Position numbers and translations under genes: made by a program
Assembly (NCBI RefSeq): GCF_001194135.2
Contig: NC_068984.1
Span: forward strand, 42,201,885-42,265,884
DNA: 64,000 nt
Direction: 5' to 3'
From: Octopus bimaculoides
Lineage: Eukaryota
Shown: piece by piece, positions 42,782 to 53,450 of the stretch
Layout: every line of letters starts with the position of its first letter
Numbering within the stretch: position 1 is the first letter of the stretch
The notes under the pieces: model-generated
What the model was told of the DNA's origin: nothing
The model's database searches: none
Seen by the model: only the letters and a program-made list of their open reading frames with translations

Positions 42782-42944
42782 TAATTACTATAGATACACA
42801 GTTATATAAATATAATTATAATTAAGGGTACTGGAGAGGTACCAATTTTAGAGTCAGTTTTGACTGCTATATCTAGCATGGTGACACCTCTCCAGTACCC
42901 TTGATTATAATTACATTTATATAATTATATATCTATAGTAATTA
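42782..42944. repeat. Palindromic MITE-like hairpin: 59-bp arms, 45-bp loop
   Basis: 42782-42840 is the reverse complement of 42886-42944 with 5 mismatches. Confidence 0.9.
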
Positions 42945-43149
42945 TTAACTACATGGTTTTCTCTGTGCTAGCCACTTGATATGATCGTTATTTTAAATAG
43001 CCTCGAGTCTCTAGGTGCCTGTCTAAGGGAGCTATGGGACCCTTTTCCAACCGCAGTTCTCAAATAAATTATCGGTCTAAAGAATGTAACTTAACGTACA
43101 ATAATTTATTGAACTTAAGTATTGCAACATGCAAAAATACAAATAGCTT

Positions 43150-43580
43150 TTCTGAGGCGAATATAGTCTGATGGTGACAATGATTTTACAAAAGAGTAAT
43201 CGTGGCGCCAAAGAACATTACTGTGAATAATTTAAATGAAAGGCTCAAGACAGTTTTACCTAGAAATGTACATACTTACAAATCTATAAACTCTATTGTT
43301 GATGACTCGGAAATTGTCGATTACCCGGTTCAGTTCTTAAACTCACTGGAGCCACAAAGAGCTCCTCCTCATTGCCTTCGATTGAAAATAGGCGCCCCAA
43401 CTAAGCCTCTGCAGAACTTTTCTCAACCAAAGCTGTGCAATGGTACAAGACTTGTGAAGAAATTAACGATAAATGTCATAGAGGTCACAATAATTTTTAT
43501 CTGTGGAAACGGTGAAGATGTTTTTATTCGCCGCTTAGCATTAATACCTTCCAATATGCCCTTCGCATTCAAACGACTTC
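43150..43580 (+). mobile_element. Helitron PIF1-type helicase remnant
   Basis: [12 protein letters not shown]...[10 protein letters not shown]...[24 protein letters not shown]...[10 protein letters not shown]...[23 protein letters not shown] is the canonical Helitron helicase C-terminal segment, cut before the AFAMSINKSQG motif. Confidence 0.9.
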
Positions 43581-44105
43581 ATCTCAACACGTCTGATGGT
43601 CCGCTGGAGGACTTTCGCTCTCAGCCATCTGGACTACTGCTCCCAACTGTCGTCACCAAACAGTGTAAAATTAACGACGGAAGTCGAGGCAATCTAGCGA
43701 AGCTAAAGAAGGAAGAACGATACAGGGCGACCTATCAGTTACCTGGAGAGACTGAAAGAGTTACAACTCTACTCCCTGGAGTGAAGGCGGGAAAATATGC
43801 AATAATATAAATCTGGAAAATCCTAGAAAAACTTGTTATAAACTTTGGTATTGTCACTTACACAAACAGCAGGACGGGGCGTTGCTGCATGGTACCAAAG
43901 GTCCCAACATTGCCATCAAAATACAGGACCAGATACTGCAACAGCTTGGGCTTCAAAGGCCCACAACTCTTCAATATCTTCACACAAAGCCCGAGAGACA
44001 TGCATGACGTGGATGTATGAGTTTTCAAAACTAAACTAGAGTTCCGGATGAACCTACCTCTAGGCAAGAAACACAGATGATGCAGCAAAGACAAACTTAT
44101 TTATC
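43581..44105 (+). mobile_element. CR1-like LINE 3' end (5'-truncated)
   Basis: [41 protein letters not shown] and NSLGFKGPQLFNI are CR1 ORF2 C-terminal motifs. Confidence 0.85.
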
Positions 44106-44210
44106 CACTAAATGTCACATATTAGGATGTTCAGTGAAAGTGTAGCAAAGAAAGCGGTGATGCCCCAACATGGCCTTAGTCCTTGGACAGAAACTTAGAG
44201 AGAAAAACCC

Positions 44211-44255
<45 letters not shown>

Positions 44256-45122
44256 CATATGATATAATATATATGAGGATATTGGCCAGAAGCAAGGACC
44301 TCTATCGTCCACATGAATACATTGTATAACTATTTCATTATTTCGCTTACGTATTCATACAGCAAACCATATACATGGCCACGTATTTAAACATACATAA
44401 ATCTATGCGCGCATGTGGTTGAGATTTGTGTCATTTTATTTGTGGTGGGGATATGCATATATGTAAAATATGTATGTGTATAAAAGCAACAGGCATCATC
44501 TTGTCTTCATAAAAGAAAAAAAAAACCGCACAAAACAAAGCGACAGCAACGACAAGATAACAACGCATACATATATGTATATGCACAAGTATATGTGTAT
44601 ATGTATATACACACACACATTCATACATACATATCTTTATATGAGTGAGTGTTTGTATATGAGTGAGTGTTTGTAAAACATACATTCGCATATNNNNNNN
44701 NNNTATATATATATATATTATATGTATATATAAATGTGTATACACGCACACATATTTGATACAAGTATGGCAAAGATAGAGAATTTATGTGGCGCAACGA
44801 AAGATGAGGTTGTTGGGTGGGCAAATTCTAGAAAACAAAGCTGTTGTTGTAACAATTCTAATTAAATATGACAAGGTAGATCTATGCAGGGCAGCAGACA
44901 CTTCTCTGAGAAATCGTGACTGGTAGTTTAGATAATAGTATAAGTAAGAACATAATAAAACAAACACAATCTAAACCAAAACAACAATAACAACAAAAAA
45001 GTTTTATAACAATGAGAGTAACAACAATAGCATTGATGACGACAACAAGATAATTATGCGTACATATATACAACATACATATAGATATGTATGTAAATAT
45101 CTATCTCCTTTTATGTATTTGT

Positions 45123-45166
<44 letters not shown>

Positions 45167-45174
45167 ATATATAC

Positions 45175-45243
<69 letters not shown>

Positions 45244-45292
45244 CGCATACAGACACACACGCACACACGCACACACACACATACATCTGTTA

Positions 45293-45652
45293 CGTTTTAC
45301 TTCTTTCAGTCACCAGACTCCAGTCATAGCGGGGAACTGCCATGAAGGTTTTTTTGTATTTTTTACTTATCCTATCGGCTCTGTTTTTGACGAACCGGCA
45401 AGTTACAGGCACGTAAACAAACAAACACCAGTTGTCAAGTGGTGTTGGTGGTGGTGGACAAATATGGACACAAAAGTACACACACATGATGGGATTCTTT
45501 CAGTTTCCATCTGAATACACTTACAAAGCTTTGGTCGGCCCGAGGCTATAGTAGATAGAAGACACTTGTCCAAGGTGCCACGCAGTGGGACTGAACCCGG
45601 AACCATATGGTTGGGAAACAAACTTCTTACCATAAAGCCACGCCTGCTCCTA
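45293..45652 (-). mobile_element. OR-like SINE
   Basis: Reverse complement of head (gactgaacccggaaccat, ccaaggtgccacgcag), core and diverged tail. Confidence 0.85.
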
Positions 45653-45691
<39 letters not shown>

Positions 45692-46170
45692 NNNNNNNNN
45701 NNNNNNNNNNNNNNNNNNNNNNNNNNNNNNNNNNNNNNNNNNNNNNNNNNNNNNNNNNNNNNNNNNNNNNNNNNNNNNNNNNNNNNNNNNNNNNNNNNNN
45801 NNNNNNNNNNNNNNNNNNNNNNNNNNNNNNNNNNNNNNNNNNNNNNNNNNNNNNNNNNNNNNNNNNNNNNNNNNNNNNNNNNNNNNNNNNNNNNNNNNNN
45901 NNNNNNNNNNNNNNNNNNNNNNNNNNNNNNNNNNNNNNNNNNNNNNNNNNNNNNNNNNNNNNNNNNNATATTGTAAAAAAAAAAATGAACAAGCATTTTT
46001 TGCTATATATCTACCCGCTCAAGGACGAACCACTACTAGCTTTGATTGGCAGCTTCAACACTAGCTTTTCTTAATTGTATTTCAAACTGGATTTTAGCGG
46101 TAAAATCAAACACCACATATAGTACATACCATTTTAAGTTATCAAATGGAAACTCTTTTTATAATATATA

Positions 46171-46310
46171 CTCAGTGGTTCGGCAAAAGACCGATAGAAT
46201 AAGTACCAGGCTTACAAAGAATAAGCTCTGGGGTCGATTTGTTCGACTAAAGGCGGTGCACTAGCACGGCCGCAGTCAAATGACTGAAACAAGTAAAAGA
46301 ATAAAAGAGT
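46171..46310 (+). mobile_element. 3' part of OR-like SINE
   Basis: ggttcggcaaaagaccgatagaataagtacc...ggggtcgatttgttcgactaaaggcggtg...gtcaaatgactgaaacaagtaaaagaata. Confidence 0.9.
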
Positions 46311-46619
46311 ATATATAGAGATTTAGAAATTTATACGTCACTAAAACAACTGAGAGTGCTATTCAGCACCAGTGTTGCTAGAAATAAGAGTCAGAACAAC
46401 TCATAACCACAGTAACGCACCTGTATATGTTGGTTTGATTTCTAGAAAATATATTTTAAGTTGGTGAGAATATTTATCACTAGACGAAAGTTAAAGCAGA
46501 TATTGTCCTTTCACATGCTCCTTAAATTCAAGCACCACTCTTCTGTGCAGCGGATACTATCCTATCTAACACCAGCATGGAAGTATTTAAATGTTTTCTT
46601 ATGCAGGTGCGGCTATCCG

Positions 46620-48295
46620 GAACCTGGACTAAATCTGTGAGCTCTCACGGTACCCGTCTGGATAATTTATCCCTATATACTCATCTGCAGATGCAAGTGC
46701 AACCAGTTGAAAGCTTCGCATACCGGATGCTAGCAAATTTTGCGGCTTTCTTTTCGACGGCATCATTGCGTCCCCACTACTGAAATGAGGCCTCGCTTGC
46801 TAGATCAACTGGTTCTTAAGTTTCACTCAATATTCTTCTAGCCATTACTCAACGCTTCTACTTAACCAAATCCAGTGGTTTGCCTTCTCTACTGTAGTCT
46901 GGATATCACTCATGGTGGTATTAACTTTACGTCTCACACTGTGTCTCTCGACAGTTGCCTCTCACTGTGTCTACATCCAACTTCGATTTGAAAATGCTCC
47001 GCTTTCCGGATTTCTCCGCTTTCCAGATTTCATAACGGCCAATTTTTTGAGTCCGAGCGGCGTCCATGTTATCTTAATGAGGAATCGTTAACTCGACTAG
47101 ATTTACCGCTTTCTTTCACAGTATACGACGATGTCCGGTTTCTTCGTAACTGGAATGGGAAAGAATCCTTGGCTCTCTGCTAAATCTGAAGCAATTTCCC
47201 AATAGCTGTTCCACTTTTCATCCCTCACAGGAAGTTTCGTCTTCAAACAGATCTGCTGTCCTGAACACACGAAGATAATGAAATCTCTGGTTGGTTTCTT
47301 CAGTGTTTTTTTCTTTTTTTGCCACTGTTGATGAGAGCAATTCGATTCTTTATAGCATTGAAGATGATCCTAAGGATCAGATTGTGTCACCATGTATATC
47401 TATTCAATGTCAATGAACAGTTGGAAAGAATATTTCAGGGTTCCGACTTTTCCGCATCTACATTTCACATTCTCTGATATGTTCCATTTTACGAGATTTG
47501 TAGGCAATGGTAAGACATCGTAGGATTAACGAATCAGTAAACTTAGACATGGTGTAGTCCACTTCCATATTTCACTTCAACTTATTTTTCTCTCAACAAC
47601 GTGTTCCTCCCATTTCGTCATCTGTCCTTGCTGAGAGTATTGAATCAAATGAATCTCTCTTCTCTCTGTTTTCCTTGCTTTGACGCTAACAACAGATCTG
47701 CCTTCGCTCTGCATCATGCTGGAAAAGGTCTGAATCCATCTGCGAATCCAAGTCCCTTCCTACAAATTTGAGTTGCACCCACCATATCTTGATGTGTAAA
47801 TGAAGACAGGATGTTATCAGTGTCTGACTTCTTTCCACTTCCTGACTGTTTTTACATTTGGAGGATTACACCTGATTTCTATATCCTTCGGCTCTCTCAG
47901 CATCATCACCGTTCCTACCCAATTTAAAAAATTTCGACTATAGACACCAGTGGTACTGCAACGAGCCTCTTTTACGATAGAGAGCTGAGCTGTTCAATAT
48001 CTGAGGTAGGCCTAATCACTTTCTAATGAACACAATGCACTTTTTCTCAATGATTTGAACTCGTGACAATACCACTCCATATACTAAAAGTGTCCACAAA
48101 AGGCGCGGGTATAAACCGAACTGTGAACACCGTGTCTTATATTTCTCTTGACGCTATGAGCCATCAATTGCTGTTGGTCCATCCTTAGCTTGGTTCATAA
48201 CCTGCATCTCATGACTACTAGACAATGTTCCAGCGTATAAACGCCTCAAGCTCTTAACAGGTTCTTCCTTGACTGTTGGAATGCTATTTTAAACT
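46620..48295 (-). mobile_element. R2-Hero-like non-LTR retrotransposon remnant (post-RT region, CCHC, restriction-like endonuclease)
   Basis: Minus strand gives IPTVKEEPVKSLRRLY, QFGLYPRLLW, IRK*LGLPQILNSSALY, a degenerate CCHC followed by RYTWRHNLIL, FPIPVTKKPDIVVY...LVELTIP, FQIEVGCR and VEKANHWIWLSR. Many stops and frameshifts. Confidence 0.85.
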
Positions 48296-48601
48296 TCATT
48301 TCTTTTTGCACGTCCCTAATAAACATTTAATACATAATCACTACTTGCCTTGTATGTATGTATGTATGTATGTATGTATGTATGTATGTATCAGCTTTTG
48401 TACATGTTAGCGTACATATGTATATGCCTTTAGTTTGTGTATGTATAATGGACGCATGTATGCGTTTATATGTGAATAAAGTGTGTCTATATATATATTT
48501 ATGCTTTCAGATTTTCTCTAAATTAATATTTTATTATAAACAAATTCATTTTATTATAAACAGACTCATTTTAACATTGATTAATTTACTCTGAGCATGT
48601 A

Positions 48602-48964
48602 TCAATTCATCCCATAAGTTCTGTCCGATTTTACCTTTTTTAAAATTGAATAAAATTTAATTGTATTTTAGAATGTCTAATAGAATCAAAAATTATTTTT
48701 ATGCATTTTTGTATATATCTATATATATATATGTATATATCTATATATATAGGTATATATCTATATATATATGTATATATCTATATACAGGAGGTCGAAA
48801 CTGACATTTCTGAGTTCTTCGCTTTGAAATCAAATGAGTTTTACATTGATGGGATTAAAAAGCTTGTAAATAGATGGAAGGAAGTCATAGATAATCAGGG
48901 TAAGTACATTGATGATTAAATTTCAATTAATTATAAGATTTGATCATTTGTTTTCTTTATTCAA
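48602..48964 (+). mobile_element. Internally deleted mariner family B copy
   Basis: 5' TIR (TA+TCAATTCATCCCATAAGTTCTGTCCG) and about 110 bp of 5' UTR, then a TA-rich filler, then QEVETDISEFFALKSNEFYIDGIKKLVNRWKEVIDNQGKYIDD* and 3' UTR up to the gap. Confidence 0.9.
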
Positions 48965-49871
48965 NNNNNNNNNNNNNNNNNNNNNNNNNNNNNNNNNNNN
49001 NNNNNNNNNNNNNNNNNNNNNNNNNNNNNNNNNNNNNNNNNNNNNNNNNNNNNNNNNNNNNNNNNNNNNNNNNNNNNNNNNNNNNNNNNNNNNNNNNNNN
49101 NNNNNNNNNNNNNNNNNNNNNNNNNNNNNNNNNNNNNNNNNNNNNNNNNNNNNNNNNNNNNNNNNNNNNNNNNNNNNNNNNNNNNNNNNNNNNNNNNNNN
49201 NNNNNNNNNNNNNNNNNNNNNNNNNNNNNNNNNNNNNNNNNNNNNNNNNNNNNNNNNNNNNNNNNNNNNNNNNNNNNNNNNNNNNNNNNNNNNNNNNNNN
49301 NNNNNNNNNNNNNNNNNNNNNNNNNNNNNNNNNNNNNNNNNNNNNNNNNNNNNNNNNNNNNNNNNNNNNNNNNNNNNNNNNNNNNNNNNNNNNNNNNNNN
49401 NNNNNNNNNNNNNNNNNNNNNNNNNNNNNNNNNNNNNNNNNNNNNNNNNNNNNNNNNNNNNNNNNNNNNNNNNNNNNNNNNNNNNNNNNNNNNNNNNNNN
49501 NNNNNNNNNNNNNNNNNNNNNNNNNNNNNNNNNNNNNNNNNNNNNNNNNNNNNNNNNNNNNNNNNNNNNNNNNNNNNNNNNNNNNNNNNNNNNNNNNNNN
49601 NNNNNNNNNNNNNNNNNNNNNNNNNNNNNNNNNNNNNNNNNNNNNNNNNNNNNNNNNNNNNNNNNNNNNNNNNNNNNNNNNNNNNNNNNNNNNNNNNNNN
49701 NNNNNNNNNNNNNNNNNNNNNNNNNNNNNNNNNNNNNNNNNNNNNNNNNNNNNNNNNNNNNNNNNNNNNNNNNNNNNNNNNNNNNNNNNNNNNNNNNNNN
49801 NNNNNNNNNNNNNNNNNNNNNNNNNNNNNNNNNNNNNNNNNNNNNNNNNNNNNNNNNNNNNNNNNNNNNNN

Positions 49872-49948
<77 letters not shown>

Positions 49949-51493
49949 CAAGCAGCACCTGCATGAGAAAACATTTAAATACTTCCATGCATATGTTGAA
50001 TAGGTTAGTATCCACTACACGAAAGGGAGGTGACTGACTTTAAGGGATAAATATCAGGACAATATTTAGATTAACTTTCGAATACTCATAGATATTCTTA
50101 CTTGCTTAAATGTCTTTTTTTATAAACCATAGCAACACTTATAAGACACAGTAACTTCCATATAATCTGAAACTAAATTAACAAGTGCACCTTTCATATA
50201 GACTTCTGAAGTATATATGACAGAATTCCTTCCATAAATTTAATTAAATTAAATTTATTTATATTTAATCTCTTTTAACCCATTACCTACCATAGATCTC
50301 ATATGAGATCACTTAAAAAATTACAAATTTCGTAATTATCTGTCAATATTTACACATATCTAACCTTTTTGCTATATCTACTAGGTATATTTCTCTGATA
50401 TTCAAATGAGGTTTGCTAATTTTTCACCCAATATATCGCTTATTTCTACTTAAAATGTTATTTTGAAATGTCATTTTGATCATTCCAGCGTGTTTCTAAG
50501 GCTGTTTTATGCTAGAAATCAAAGTTTCATAAAAAAATTCCACTTAATAGAATTATGGGAGGTAATGGGTTAATACATCGATGAGGTTGTATGAAAACAC
50601 TAAGATATATACTTAATTTAGTGTAGAGAAATCTGTTTGCAACTAAGGCTAACATGAGGTCAGATTCTGGGTAAATTTTATAATCATATCGAATTTCAAC
50701 AGTTCTCCTTCACTTTCTTGCAGGTTAAATATGCAACTCCACATTCTTTACTGAGCAGAAACTCGTGTTGGTCATTTTAACCAACTATGTTGTGTAATTA
50801 ACGGTTAAAATTAAAAGAAAAAATTGAAGATATACCAGACTCCGTAATCTTTGTAATTATATATATATATGTGTGTATGTGAGTGTGTGTGTGTGTTTAT
50901 ACATAATATATATATATATGTATGTGTGTATGTGTGTGCGTGTGTGTGCGCGCATGTGTGAGTGTATGTGTATAGTTACATAGAAATGTATTTTTTTTAC
51001 CGTTCTTATCAAACATTATACTTTAAAATAATAATTGGAATACCATGTTCGTTTATCAAAATTATGACTTTCACACAACTGTACACATTCCTAATGACAG
51101 CAGTATGACCAATGTCATTGTCAAAACTCAATAAAACTTTGAAAATACTAGCGTTTGCTTCTTCAGTCGGAGAAAAATAAAATTTTATAACCGATATCCA
51201 AAAATGCTCACTTATATTTCCTTGTTAGATCGTCCAAATACTATTTACAGCCTTTAAGTGAACTGGAATTCTGTACACGATATGCATTATAGCGTTTTTT
51301 TTTCTTTTCGAAAGTCAGCTTCAGCATTTCCTCTCAATGAAGGTATTTCGCGACTTTGTGACAATTTAAATCTGTATTGTGATTTATAATTTTCGGTACT
51401 TATGTCAATTTCTAAAGCTTGTTAATTAAAAAATCGGGATATTTCAAGCTGTGTTAATTAAGAATGTTCGGGTTGTATGTGTGCGTGCGTCTA

Positions 51494-51526
<33 letters not shown>

Positions 51527-51610
51527 TTGCGCATGCGTGCGATATATATATGTATATAGCATATATAATACATGCATTCTTATATGTATATATGTATGTA
51601 TGTGTGTGTG

Positions 51611-51719
<109 letters not shown>

Positions 51720-52029
51720 GTATATGTGTGTGTGTGTGTGTGTTTGTATTTGCATTTGCATAATTGTGAATTTTGTATATATATATATATATATATATCA
51801 CTCATGATTATTCTGATATGCCACTGGAATGAACGGTTGTCACTGAAAACCACTTCGCTTTAGCGTTTTGTATTTGGATCAAGTTAACCTAGCATACCTC
51901 ATGCATTATCCATTTCTAACTATATGTCTACATATATGTCTGTGCGTTTAGGTACGTATACATTAACATACATGAATTCATAATATAATATATCATATGT
52001 ATATACATATATGTTTGTGTATATATATC

Positions 52030-52620
52030 AATTCTCAATCCTATAAACAATTAGGCATACAACACTATTGTACAAAATCTACCTATGCTCACAAGAGATC
52101 CAAAAATGAACAACATTTTGAAAACACATAAATTCATCAAATGCAAAAAGCAAAACAAATCGCTAAAAAGACTTCTAACAAATGCGAAGCTTTACACAAC
52201 AACCACGAAACCAACGGTTAAAAAATGTGGATGCCCAAACTGTGGATCCTGACCCAACCTACTGGGAGGTTCGGAATTCCTATTCAAACAAGGAGAGAGG
52301 TTCACAATTAAATCCAACTTCACTTGAGCTTCCGAGAATCTAATTTATGTTATAACTTGCTCAGGTTGTGGACATAACTATAAAGGACAGATAAGTAAGA
52401 CGCTGAGACGGAGAAACACACTACACAAGGAACAGATCCAGTTCCCGCAATACAGACAGATTCCTTTCAGTGAACACATAGAGAGATGTGCAGGTAATAT
52501 CCAACCAAACTTTACAATTTTATCCATCTACCCGTGCAAAGAAATAATTTCTATACAAGAAAGTTTAAATAAAGAAAATTTGTTCATCGAACAAATACAG
52601 AACACGTCTAAATATGAACT
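52030..52620 (+). mobile_element. Penelope-like element C-terminus with GIY-YIG endonuclease (defective)
   Basis: KKQNKSLKRLLTNAKL...KKCGCPNCGS*...FT*ASENLIYVITCSGCGHNYKGQISKTLRRRNTLHKEQI...FSEHIERCA. Two Cys codons are replaced by stops. Confidence 0.9.
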
Positions 52621-53272
52621 CATAACCAAGTTTGATCTCAGTATATATTTTAATTCATGATCACATACCCATCACTGTACATACTTCGTCTCACTGCTTT
52701 AATTTTCAAGTTTTTGTGTATATTTACTCCTTCCTCAAAAGATGAAAAATTACATCACCTGTCCTCAATAATAACGATCATCAATTTACCTCTTCTTAGA
52801 TTTTTCTACTATTGAATCATTCATTCATAAACTTCTCCACACACAACATGGACTAAAATCTTAAGAAAATACTAAATTACAATAATTTCAATGTCATGAC
52901 TAGCAAAAGCGGAATCGGTCGACAAACAATATAAAGTATATTAAAAATATATTAAAACTATGTAATGTGTGTGCATTTTCCTTCTTTTATTTTATTGATA
53001 TTTTTGCATTACAACTCACCACGAGGGGATACTCGAAATTTCCCCCTTTGTGTTTAGGAACAATAGCCATATCAGAATTTACAATATATACATATATNNN
53101 NNNNNNNNNNNNNNNNNNNNNNNNNNNNNNNNNNNNNNNNNNNNNNNNNNNNNNNNNNNNNNNNNNNNNNNNNNNNNNNNNNNNNNNNNNNNNNNNNNNN
53201 NNNNNNNNNNNNNNNNNNNNNNNNNNNNNNNNNNNNNNNNNNNNNNNNNNNNNNNNNNNNNNNNNNNNNNNN

Positions 53273-53450
53273 TCGCCTGACAACCGATGCTGGTGTGTTT
53301 ACATCGCCGTAACTTAGCGATTCGGGCAAAAGTGACCGATAGAATAAGTACTCACAAAGAATAAGTCCCGGAGTCGATTTGCTCGACTAAAGGTGGTGCT
53401 CCAGCATGGCCGCAGTGAAAATGACTGAAACAAGTAAAAGAATAAAAGAA
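53273..53450 (+). mobile_element. 3' part of OR-like SINE (5' part in gap)
   Basis: gacaaccgatgctggtgtgtttac...ccagcatggccgcagtgaaaatgactgaaacaagtaaaagaataaaag. Confidence 0.9.
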
